From the NCBI GenBank assembly GCA_018650285.1, contig JABIGF010000002.1, forward strand, positions 57,991-121,990: a DNA stretch of 64,000 bases. The letters are read 5' to 3'. Position 1 is the stretch's first letter, and every line of letters begins with the position of its first letter. The DNA is from Methanobacteriota archaeon. Lineage in GTDB: Archaea; Thermoplasmatota; Poseidoniia; Poseidoniales; Thalassarchaeaceae. Positions 17,757 through 26,617 of the stretch are shown piece after piece. A program made the position numbers and the translations under genes. The notes beneath the pieces are model-generated. The model was not told the origin of the DNA and searched no databases. It saw nothing but the letters and a program-made list of their open reading frames with translations.

Positions 17757-17948
17757 TTATAATGGTGAATGAAACTCATTCTCAACTTCTTCCAACTCAA
17801 TTTGTTGACGATTAATTTCAGACGATAAACGCTTGAGTGATGCTTGGGTCAATAGTCGCTTTATCGCATCAACTTCTCGCTTCAAATCAGATAACCTGCG
17901 TTCAACACTGTGCGCCACTGGATTTTCCGGCTCCGGTGCTGTCATCAA
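17757..17948 (-). CDS. Small predicted coiled-coil protein (hypothetical)
   Basis: 63 aa ORF that fills the gap between hjc and the S2P gene. Heptad-like charged sequence RRLSDLKREVDAIKRLL...QQIELEEVENE. No recognisable family, and it may not be a real gene. Confidence 0.25.
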   Translation of the reverse strand: MMTAPEPENPVAHSVERRLSDLKREVDAIKRLLTQASLKRLSSEINRQQIELEEVENEFHSPL

Positions 17949-18032
17949 TTCACCTTAGGTGCCTCTCACCTATGAGGACTATGCTTCCCTTTCAACGCGC
18001 AGGTTCAAAGCAAGCCGGCTTGAGCAACAGCC

Positions 18033-19520
18033 GTGAGCGAAGAGCAAGGGGGCAACTCGATACGCCCATTCATCTACATTGCAATTGCTAGTTTCATTGC
18101 TGCACAAATCCATTGGGCACTAGTTGGGATTGTTGTTTGGTACATCATTCTCAAACAACTAGAGGAGAAGGGAGTGCTAGACAAATGGAATGCATCACGT
18201 GTATTATGGGTTATTCTGATGGTCCGTACAAAACGAGGACACAAAACTCTAGAATTAGTCTCAAAACCTCGCCGTGCATGGCGCATTTTTGGTGAAATTG
18301 GACTTTGGACATGTCGTTTTGTTAGCACAATTGTTCTCGTTGTCTTTGTTCTAACATTTGTTATGACAATTTTGAATCCTGCTGAACTTGAACCGGCAAC
18401 TGCTTCTGAAATTATTCTAATCCCAGGCGTTTCACCAACTATTCCTTTGGTTTGGGGATTAATTGGCCTCATTGTGGCACTTGTTATTCATGAGTATGGC
18501 CACGGAATACTAACACGCGCACACGGCATGAGAGTCCGAAGTTTTGGGATGTTGATTCTTGGAGTTATTCCAATTGGCGCGTTTGCTGAACCTGAAGGAA
18601 GTGAAATTATGCGAGCACCTAGACGAGAAAGGCAGCGAGTTTTTGCTGCTGGGCCTGCCATCAACATTTACGGTGGACTTGTCTTTTTCATTATTTTAGC
18701 ACTTGTTGCGAACACCATGACGCCAGCAATAGCAGGCGTTCATGCTGAAGGAATTATTGAAGACATGCCTGCCAGCCAAGCAGGGTTACAACCTTGGGAA
18801 ATAATTACTCACGCTGATGGTATCGAGATGGAGGATAGAAGCCAATTTACTGCATTCCTAGATTCACATCATGCTGGCGACAACATTTCATTAACTGTCC
18901 TAACAACACCTAATGAAAATAGTGAACGGACTGAGAGAAACATCACAGTAACGCTCGCTGACCAATATCAATACCAAATTGAAAGAGGTAGTGACACTGA
19001 GATGCTCGCTGCTTACGGTATTGAAGAAGGTGATGCTTTTCTTGGAGTAATCGGCTTAGCATCAAACAATATAGGGGCTGAGCGAATTGCGGGGCCTATC
19101 GCGCCAAGTGCATCAAAGGAGGCGCTGCCACTCATCTTTGGATTTGCATCTCAGCCAATACAACTAATTTTCAGCCCAATTCAATACAAAGGCGAAATCA
19201 TGCATGAACAAGAATTGCAGATGCTAGATTGCGATACCTTCCTCGGATTTGAAGGAACAATGGTAATCATTCATGTTCTGTTTTGGATAACTTGGATGAA
19301 TGTGTTACTTGGCTTCGCTAATCTGATTCCATTGCTACCCTTTGATGGTGGCCACTTAATGCGTGATAGGATTCATGACTACTTTGAATTCTTTGCCAAA
19401 TTCAAGAGCAACTCACACCCAATGAATGTCAAGGCTGCCGCTCACAAACTCTCCGGCATGTCAAGTCTTATTCTATTTGGAATGATGATTCTAATCATCG
19501 TTTTACCAATGGTTATCTAA
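18033..19520 (+). CDS. Site-2 protease (M50 family intramembrane metalloprotease) with PDZ-like insert
   Basis: 495 aa. HEYGHG (HExxH) within a TM helix, a central soluble PDZ-like segment (GIIEDMPASQAGLQPWEIITHADGIEM), and a C-terminal NLIPLLPFDGG (the LDG motif of M50). Confidence 0.85.
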   Translation: MSEEQGGNSIRPFIYIAIASFIAAQIHWALVGIVVWYIILKQLEEKGVLDKWNASRVLWVILMVRTKRGHKTLELVSKPRRAWRIFGEIGLWTCRFVSTIVLVVFVLTFVMTILNPAELEPATASEIILIPGVSPTIPLVWGLIGLIVALVIHEYGHGILTRAHGMRVRSFGMLILGVIPIGAFAEPEGSEIMRAPRRERQRVFAAGPAINIYGGLVFFIILALVANTMTPAIAGVHAEGIIEDMPASQAGLQPWEIITHADGIEMEDRSQFTAFLDSHHAGDNISLTVLTTPNENSERTERNITVTLADQYQYQIERGSDTEMLAAYGIEEGDAFLGVIGLASNNIGAERIAGPIAPSASKEALPLIFGFASQPIQLIFSPIQYKGEIMHEQELQMLDCDTFLGFEGTMVIIHVLFWITWMNVLLGFANLIPLLPFDGGHLMRDRIHDYFEFFAKFKSNSHPMNVKAAAHKLSGMSSLILFGMMILIIVLPMVI

Positions 19521-19531
19521 CCCTTGATCTG

Positions 19532-20473
19532 TTATTCTTCTTCATCAGATTTTTTTGATTCTTCAAGAGTTGCTTGAGCAATCTCAGGTGCCCCAATCAG
19601 TAACTTCTCAGTCCCCTGCTCAATCAAAAATGTCACTGCCAAGAGAGATATTGCACTAACACCTAACATTCGCCATGAATGGCCTGTCACCTCTGCTGCA
19701 TTAGAAGAAGCTGCCAATTTGACTGTACCTAGCCAAGGGATTTCAGCACCAGCAACCCCAACTACCCAATCTATCTGAACTGCTTGGACACGGTCACCAT
19801 TCTCATCAGTTAGACCGCCTGCAAGAGGATATGCCGTATTTCCTTGGTCAACATCACATCGGTTATGGTCTCCTAAAGTAAGATATCCTGCGTGTCCGGG
19901 GTCCCACTCTTGAACCATCAAACCATGAGGATTAGAAGGGCAATCCACTCCCTCAAATGACCAGTTAATGTGAGGTTGATTGCGCACGGTTGTACCTGGT
20001 GCATCCCATGTCAACACACATGTTCCCGCCTTCCCATCAGCGTCAATTGAAATTGGGTCCCAACTTCCTTCCGAACAAAGTTGTCTATCGCGATCACTAG
20101 GAGTCACAGTTCCATTTGCGACCGCTTCAAGAATAACTCTGTGAATAACCGGTGTATCAGATCCACCATTTTTCCGATAAATGATGACATCACCCCAGTT
20201 TCCATGCGATTCCCATCCTTCGTATAGTCCACCTTCTTCCATACCTTCTGCCATGCTTATGATTCTGGTTCTTCTATCAGTGGACATTACTAACACTAAA
20301 TCACCTGGGTCAATTGCTCCAACTTCGCCTTCTTCATCATGCATCATTGAAGATGATTCTACAACCACCATTGGGGGAAGAGAGCCGGTTACAGCCCACA
20401 ATCCGATAACTAAGAGGAGGATTAAACCAATGGCCAACATAGCCTCGCGAATCCAGCCGAGCGCTGTGGCCAT
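19532..20473 (-). CDS. Signal peptidase I, archaeal/ER (Sec11) type, with a large insertion and a second C-terminal TM
   Basis: 313 aa. N-terminal TM, box B VVESSSMMH (Ser nucleophile), box C IDPGDLVLV, box D PVIHRVI (His general base), box E YLTLGDHNRCDVDQ. A Cys-containing insert of about 90 aa lies between boxes D and E. C-terminal TM and tail ...KKSDEEE. Confidence 0.65.
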   Translation of the reverse strand: MATALGWIREAMLAIGLILLLVIGLWAVTGSLPPMVVVESSSMMHDEEGEVGAIDPGDLVLVMSTDRRTRIISMAEGMEEGGLYEGWESHGNWGDVIIYRKNGGSDTPVIHRVILEAVANGTVTPSDRDRQLCSEGSWDPISIDADGKAGTCVLTWDAPGTTVRNQPHINWSFEGVDCPSNPHGLMVQEWDPGHAGYLTLGDHNRCDVDQGNTAYPLAGGLTDENGDRVQAVQIDWVVGVAGAEIPWLGTVKLAASSNAAEVTGHSWRMLGVSAISLLAVTFLIEQGTEKLLIGAPEIAQATLEESKKSDEEE

Positions 20474-20488
20474 TTCTTTCTGCCCCGA

Positions 20489-21406
20489 TTACTCTTCTTC
20501 AGTCTCTATGACATCACTCTTTGCATCTTTTGAGTGATCTGGCGCCGGTGTAGTCATGAAAAGGAGAATACCAAAACCAATAATGAGCATGCCACCAATT
20601 AGGTCAACATGTGGGGCCCAAGTTGCATTATACTGAGCACCCTTGGCAATAGCAGTAAAATCTACAGTCATATTTCTTGAACTATCAATTGTTTCTCGCG
20701 CCAAGCCAAATAGGGCATTGTATAGGAAAGTAACAAATCCAATTGATGTAAATGCAATGAGGATTTTATTTATTCCAGGATCTTTGAACAAATTTGAATC
20801 AGGAAATCTTTCAGCATATCGTGAATTCTTAGTTGTAAACCAACCGCCTAGAATTGCTTCACCTTCGCCTGCTGGAAGTTTCATTCCTTCAGGCATTTCT
20901 CGACGCATTCCAAGTTCAACTCGCTTTGATTCAAGACGTGCCGGCCATGCACCAGCTAGCAACTTGACACCTTCATCCAAATCTTTCTTGTTTCGTTGCA
21001 ATTCTGCACGGGAATCTGTTTCCAACATTTCAACCAATGAATTACGTACTCCGAGGTAATGGAAAAATTCTGGCATTACGAAAAGTAAGAGGATGAAAGA
21101 AAGCAACACACCGACCCAAGTTACAGCAGTGTAAGATGCAAAGTTATTGGCCTCCTGTTGAGCGTTTGAAGAGAATATTGTAAAGAAGGCTATAGCCCAA
21201 AAAATGAGGGCAAAAGTAAGCACTGTCAGCATACCCAAAATAGTCAAATGATAATCTCTTTTACTCTCCCAAAAATCAACAAATGGTTGTGTAATTGTTC
21301 TCTTGAAACTCTTCCGCCCTCGTCCCGCCGCCATGTCAAACCCATCCGCTCCACAGCCTCTTGACTGATACAGTTTCGGTTGACAACTGATTTGTCTTGA
21401 AGACAA
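20489..21406 (-). CDS. Membrane protein, unknown function
   Basis: 305 aa, with probable start M26 at 21331 (MAAGRGRKSF). Two N-terminal TM helices, a soluble charged loop of about 110 aa, two further TM helices, and tail ...VIETEEE. Confidence 0.5.
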   Translation of the reverse strand: MSSRQISCQPKLYQSRGCGADGFDMAAGRGRKSFKRTITQPFVDFWESKRDYHLTILGMLTVLTFALIFWAIAFFTIFSSNAQQEANNFASYTAVTWVGVLLSFILLLFVMPEFFHYLGVRNSLVEMLETDSRAELQRNKKDLDEGVKLLAGAWPARLESKRVELGMRREMPEGMKLPAGEGEAILGGWFTTKNSRYAERFPDSNLFKDPGINKILIAFTSIGFVTFLYNALFGLARETIDSSRNMTVDFTAIAKGAQYNATWAPHVDLIGGMLIIGFGILLFMTTPAPDHSKDAKSDVIETEEE

Positions 21407-21415
21407 AGGTTTGAA

Positions 21416-24400
21416 ATGGTATCTCTAACGGTCCCTAAGGGACCGCCTATGTTTCATAGCACAGATAAAATCAGAAACGCATCAATTAGCCTTGTATTGC
21501 TAATGCTGCTTTCCACAATACTTCCACTTGCGATTGCCGCCACTACTGAAACACAATTTGCTGATGGGACAACTAGTTTTTCACACACTTTCTCTGGTCA
21601 AGGAAATGGTGGGACTGCTGGAGTCAATATGCCTTATGGAGCTGAAGTAACATCTGCATCTTTCTCAATAACTGGTACACCATCAACTACAACCTGGGCT
21701 AATGCGACCAGCAATACTGATTTTGGTGGCCCCTCTACAACAAATGGTCCAATGAACGTCCCTTACTTTGGTTATGATTATCGCCAATCAATAAGTGTTT
21801 CAAACGATCAAACGCATTTAAAAGAAATGCGAACTGATGCAACTTGGGCTTTAACAAATACCAATCAAATCTCAAGTGCTGGTGGAGCGAACCACAACAC
21901 AACTGGTGGTGCTATCGGCTTTGCAGATTCAGATTTAATTGGTGCCACCACAAATAGTTACTCAAGTTACTCTGGAGGAAGTTGGAATTACGCCGGCCCT
22001 ACTGCATACCAAGGAGATGATACTTATGTCGCTCAATGGGCAAGTACCAATATCTATCAAGCACCAACGATTAGAAGATACAACAGTAGCAGTGGTGCAC
22101 TACTCGGAACTGTTAGTCTTTCTTACAACAGTTGCACAACCACAACAATGGCATACCTTTCCGATATTACTAGTGATGGAAATGGTACTGTTTGGACTAC
22201 TAGTTGGAATTATCGATATATTGCAAAGTGGACTGTTTCTGTGAGTAGTAGCGGGGCAGCATCTTGGTCATGCCAGCAAAATTGGTATTCATCAACTTAC
22301 AACATTGGTGGCATTGCATTTGACCCTCTTGACAATAATGAGATGTATGTAGTTGCAACTCAATACCTTAATGGAAATTATAATTATTATCTATGGAATG
22401 TCAATCGTTCATCCCCCTATCAAGCGTTATCAACCCAACTCCTAATGATGATACAAAGTGGCCATGGCCAACCCGCTGGCTTAGATGTCGTTGGAGACCG
22501 TGTGACTGTAAATGTATACTGCACGTATACTACAAACGTTAATTGCAAAGCGAGAAATTACCACTCTCTATTCTTAAAAAATGGTGCTTGGCCTGAACAT
22601 CAAGGTGATATCTTATTCCCTAACCATGCCCATTATGGAATTGAACCAACTGATTCAGGAAATATTGGTTGGACATGTTTCTACAATACTCAATGCCCAA
22701 GTGGTAGTTCCCACAAAATTATGACAAGTGGAAGGTCTGCTCCAAGAAATATTGGAACTCCTACATCTACTGCTGGAATTATTACCTCATCTGCAATCTC
22801 ATCAAGTCGTGGGACCGATGAATTAACAATTGATACTGCTATTTCTTGGAAACCAACTGGGACCACTATTGAATACGAAGTAACCAATGATGGAGGCACT
22901 ACATGGAAAACTGCTCAACTCGGCGGAAAGGTAATCTTCGCAAATGTTGGATATCAACTAGGTTGGCGGGCATACCTAAACAGTACAAACAGTAATGTAA
23001 CTCCACTCATTGATACTGTCTCCTTGGGATATACCGGTTCTTATATTTCTACAGGATATATGTGGATGCGCACCCCATATTTTGGTGGGACTGGCACATC
23101 TGGACCAGTTGCAGCCAAAGTATGGTGGAATTCGACTGAACTTGGAGGAAGTTATCTAACCATTAAGTGGACTACTTCTAGCAGTTGCACATCAGGCACT
23201 AGTACAATAATAAATACACCAGGCCAAACTGTAAATTTCCCAAGTAGTGCTACTTATCTCTCATTGTGTTTCTACTTCTATTCAGGGACAAATAATGCAT
23301 ACAGCCCTATTGTTGACGACCTCCAAGTATCACTATTCTCAAATGCTCCTAAAAATGTAGAATTAGACATTGGAGGAGATGGCTCCGCCGAATGGACACA
23401 CCAAAATACGCTGTTATCTACTGTCACCGCAGATGGTGGTTCAATTGTTTCAGCGTTAAATGCAATAATTCCCGACACTGGCTCAGGTATTGAACTGATA
23501 CCAATCGAAGTTGGTTCTACAGCCTCGGGGAATCTTGAAATTAATTTCTTTGAAATCACCTACACAATGCAAACGGTGAATCTAAACATCAGTTGGGATG
23601 AAGAGATGGTTTTGCACGAAACTATTGACACGTACGAGGTAATTACTCGCCATGTTATTGGTGAAAGTGCTGGCGGTATCGCTTCAGCAAATCTAGATTT
23701 CTTAGCCTATCCTTCAAGTGATACTCCGAGTTTAACATGGAATAGTGATGGCACTCTCGTTGATGATGATCCTGAAGATTGGATTATTCCAGATGCTGGA
23801 GCTACTTGGACAAATAATAGTAATGGAATAATGGAAATCCATTGGGCTTTCCGAGTTACTTCAAATTTCCAAGAACAAGAAAATGTCGGGTTCCGAGTCA
23901 GTTGTGAAGACGACCAAGGCAATGCTCCCATGTCATTGTCAACTGGCGGAGCTGGCATTCGCGTCAATCAGTCCTATGGACTTGGTTGGATGAAAGTTAG
24001 AGACAATGATGGAGCCGTCCATCATGACGATGTAGAAAATGACCAATGGATAAAAGCAGGAGAATCACTTCACTTCCAAGGTGCTGTATGGTATGATGGA
24101 ACTGAAGATGCACCGCTTGATTCTACTTTTGATGTTGCAGTTATCAAGAGAACAGCAGAAGGTGACTTCATGCAAGCAAAAGACCGTTCAAACCAATATG
24201 GAGAATTCTTCATCACTGTTCCTGTTGACACAATTGATCGCCCAGATGGAGTGTTTTATGAAGTACAAATTGATAACCCAAGAGAAGTTGAAAAGGTCTT
24301 ACCAATCAATCATACATGGCAACGAACAATTCGTGTTGACGCAACTAGCCCAACATTGATTGAAGCATCTCCAGAGGACAATGCCTATGAGGCAGGATAC

Positions 24401-26512
24401 GATGACCAACAAGTACGCATTAGAATTCAAGATGCTATTGGGGCACCTGAAATATTGACTTTGCATTACTGGGTTGAAGCAGAACACGACTCAAACAGAA
24501 ATGGTGTTGCTGATGCTCCTGAATATGTCAACCAGACAATGACAAACACAACAATTGATGTTGACAAATTATTCTTTGCAACCATTAACGATGCTGCAAA
24601 TCCAAACATGGCACGAGTTTCATACTATGTTACAGGAACAGATATTGCTGGTAATGCACTATTACGAACAGATGGACCTGGATTCGATTATGATTTGGTA
24701 ACTTACAAAACACGTCGTGATATGGATTCTGTATTTACTGGCCTAGATTGGGCTGGCCATGAAGATGGAGAAAGAGCATTTGCTGGAACTACACAATACC
24801 TAACCCTTGGATTAGTAGATGCTAATGGTTTGATTGACTTCACAGATATTTCATTAATCTTTGACTTTGAAGGACCTGACCCAATTAGAGATAGGCAAAG
24901 ATTGTCTTATAGTGGTGTCAATAGCACATTTTGGACAGATGATGAATTCTTAGTAATTGACCCTGCTTGCAATGATATTTCAGATGATATGTGTGGAGGC
25001 ATTGTTACCACAAATGATACTGGATTGCCGTGGGTAAAGGTCACCTTTGCATTCCAATTTTCTTGGGATTGGCCCGATGCTGACCTTTCAGATGTAGCAT
25101 TAGAATTCACTCAACTCGGTAGTTCTGAACCACGTCAAATCATCTTCACTGAACACACATTCAGAGTTGAGAATGATTTGGTATTAGATGCTGAAGCCTA
25201 CACCGTTGAAGATGTTCAAGAGCCAAGAATTGGCCCTATCTCAGATGGTAGTCGTGTTGTGCCAAACGACCGTTTGCGCTGGTCTGGACGGGTTGTCTAC
25301 GAAGGTAGCGATGTGCCTGCGCCACGTAATCTAGGAATCACAGTAGAAGTCTTTGACGGAGTTCAATACTGGTCTGATGGAAGTTTGACTGATGAAGGTG
25401 GATTTAGTTTAGAAGTGCCTCTAAGTGCCGCTCCTACTCTAGCTTCAAGTGAAACTAGAACGTTCCTTGCAGGTGTAAGAAATATTCCTGGAAGAGGCGA
25501 AGACATGACTCGTGACACTGTATCTACCACTCTACAAGTAGAGGTAGACCACGCCCCGCCAAGAGTTCTTGAAAGGCTTTCACCAATTGATGTGATTGAC
25601 ATATCAAACAATTCAGCCTTGAGAGAAGTTCCTGTTGAATTCATTGGTTGGGAAGATGCTGATTTGTCTGGAAGCCCACAATGGGTTCACTGGTTGATGA
25701 GAGATGAAAATCAACGTCAAATTTCTTCTGGTTCAGCACTTCTTGGAATGCTACAGGAAGGCCAGGCCATTACTTGGACTGGTACTGTTGACTTGATTGG
25801 CGATGGAATGAACCCTCCCCTACAAGATTACGAAATTGGATTCTGGGTTGAAGGCTGGGATTCAGCAGGCAACCCATTAGCAACAGAAGGCAATTCCAAG
25901 AGTGACCCTATTCGTGAACCTGTTGATCTTAATGGCGACCATGAATTACAATGGATTAATTTCGGCGCACTTGGCCCACAACTTTCAGTTGAACGAATTT
26001 CTGCTGACCGCGAAGTAGTCGCAAAAGGAGCAGAAATAGAGGTTACTGCATGGATCACTAACTTTGGAGGACCTACCAATACTGGATTTACTGTTGCTTT
26101 CTACTCAGGAGATGATGCTGAGCCGTTTGCTGTTCAAAGACTCAATGGAATTGCTGATGAAGCGATTCCAATCAAAGCAACATGGACTGCAGAAGAAGGC
26201 GTTGACAGAGTTATTGTTATTGTTGATGACGATGATGAAATTATCGAAGTTGATGAAACTGATAACAGGGCAAGTGTCGGTGTTTCAGTTGAATATGCTT
26301 GGGGTATGGGTTGGGTTGAGAATGCTCGTCAAAATCTGTTAGCTGTTATTGGTATTATTATCGCCATGATTGTTCTACCAATTGTAGCATTTGTCAGCAT
26401 GAAAGGTGCAATTACTGGAAAGTCGGAATTGTTTGAAGACGACCACCTCTTCGAAGATGATGAATACGAAGAAGAAGAATACGAAGAAGATGATTACGAC
26501 GAAGATTACTAA
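21416..26512 (+). CDS. Giant cell-surface protein (1698 aa) with N-terminal signal/anchor, CARDB-like C-terminal module, TM anchor and acidic cytoplasmic tail
   Basis: Probable start M12 at 21449. Signal-like ISLVLLMLLSTILPLAIAATTE. A very long Thr/Ser/Asn/Gly/Asp-rich body. Near the C-terminus there is a CARDB-like segment (VVAKGAEIEVTAWITNFGGPTNTGFTVAFYSGDD...VDETDNRASVGVSV), then the TM LLAVIGIIIAMIVLPIVAFV and the tail ...EDDEYEEEEYEEDDYDEDY. Confidence 0.7.
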   Translation: MVSLTVPKGPPMFHSTDKIRNASISLVLLMLLSTILPLAIAATTETQFADGTTSFSHTFSGQGNGGTAGVNMPYGAEVTSASFSITGTPSTTTWANATSNTDFGGPSTTNGPMNVPYFGYDYRQSISVSNDQTHLKEMRTDATWALTNTNQISSAGGANHNTTGGAIGFADSDLIGATTNSYSSYSGGSWNYAGPTAYQGDDTYVAQWASTNIYQAPTIRRYNSSSGALLGTVSLSYNSCTTTTMAYLSDITSDGNGTVWTTSWNYRYIAKWTVSVSSSGAASWSCQQNWYSSTYNIGGIAFDPLDNNEMYVVATQYLNGNYNYYLWNVNRSSPYQALSTQLLMMIQSGHGQPAGLDVVGDRVTVNVYCTYTTNVNCKARNYHSLFLKNGAWPEHQGDILFPNHAHYGIEPTDSGNIGWTCFYNTQCPSGSSHKIMTSGRSAPRNIGTPTSTAGIITSSAISSSRGTDELTIDTAISWKPTGTTIEYEVTNDGGTTWKTAQLGGKVIFANVGYQLGWRAYLNSTNSNVTPLIDTVSLGYTGSYISTGYMWMRTPYFGGTGTSGPVAAKVWWNSTELGGSYLTIKWTTSSSCTSGTSTIINTPGQTVNFPSSATYLSLCFYFYSGTNNAYSPIVDDLQVSLFSNAPKNVELDIGGDGSAEWTHQNTLLSTVTADGGSIVSALNAIIPDTGSGIELIPIEVGSTASGNLEINFFEITYTMQTVNLNISWDEEMVLHETIDTYEVITRHVIGESAGGIASANLDFLAYPSSDTPSLTWNSDGTLVDDDPEDWIIPDAGATWTNNSNGIMEIHWAFRVTSNFQEQENVGFRVSCEDDQGNAPMSLSTGGAGIRVNQSYGLGWMKVRDNDGAVHHDDVENDQWIKAGESLHFQGAVWYDGTEDAPLDSTFDVAVIKRTAEGDFMQAKDRSNQYGEFFITVPVDTIDRPDGVFYEVQIDNPREVEKVLPINHTWQRTIRVDATSPTLIEASPEDNAYEAGYDDQQVRIRIQDAIGAPEILTLHYWVEAEHDSNRNGVADAPEYVNQTMTNTTIDVDKLFFATINDAANPNMARVSYYVTGTDIAGNALLRTDGPGFDYDLVTYKTRRDMDSVFTGLDWAGHEDGERAFAGTTQYLTLGLVDANGLIDFTDISLIFDFEGPDPIRDRQRLSYSGVNSTFWTDDEFLVIDPACNDISDDMCGGIVTTNDTGLPWVKVTFAFQFSWDWPDADLSDVALEFTQLGSSEPRQIIFTEHTFRVENDLVLDAEAYTVEDVQEPRIGPISDGSRVVPNDRLRWSGRVVYEGSDVPAPRNLGITVEVFDGVQYWSDGSLTDEGGFSLEVPLSAAPTLASSETRTFLAGVRNIPGRGEDMTRDTVSTTLQVEVDHAPPRVLERLSPIDVIDISNNSALREVPVEFIGWEDADLSGSPQWVHWLMRDENQRQISSGSALLGMLQEGQAITWTGTVDLIGDGMNPPLQDYEIGFWVEGWDSAGNPLATEGNSKSDPIREPVDLNGDHELQWINFGALGPQLSVERISADREVVAKGAEIEVTAWITNFGGPTNTGFTVAFYSGDDAEPFAVQRLNGIADEAIPIKATWTAEEGVDRVIVIVDDDDEIIEVDETDNRASVGVSVEYAWGMGWVENARQNLLAVIGIIIAMIVLPIVAFVSMKGAITGKSELFEDDHLFEDDEYEEEEYEEDDYDEDY
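21430..21444 (+). promoter_or_regulatory. Perfect GC-rich dyad/hairpin GGTCCCT-A-AGGGACC, 4 nt upstream of the probable ATG (21449) of the giant protein
   Basis: Read directly. A second dyad, TGTCTT-G-AAGACA, lies at 21393..21405 in the same divergent intergenic region. Confidence 0.3.
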
Positions 26513-26617
26513 TCTTACTGGATTACCCTGTGCGATTAATCTCTGAAATTATCTATTTCTCAAAATCGGCGGCCTTTTCACACCTAGTCTAGGCAGACAC
26601 CCCAAGAGGAGAGCAGA

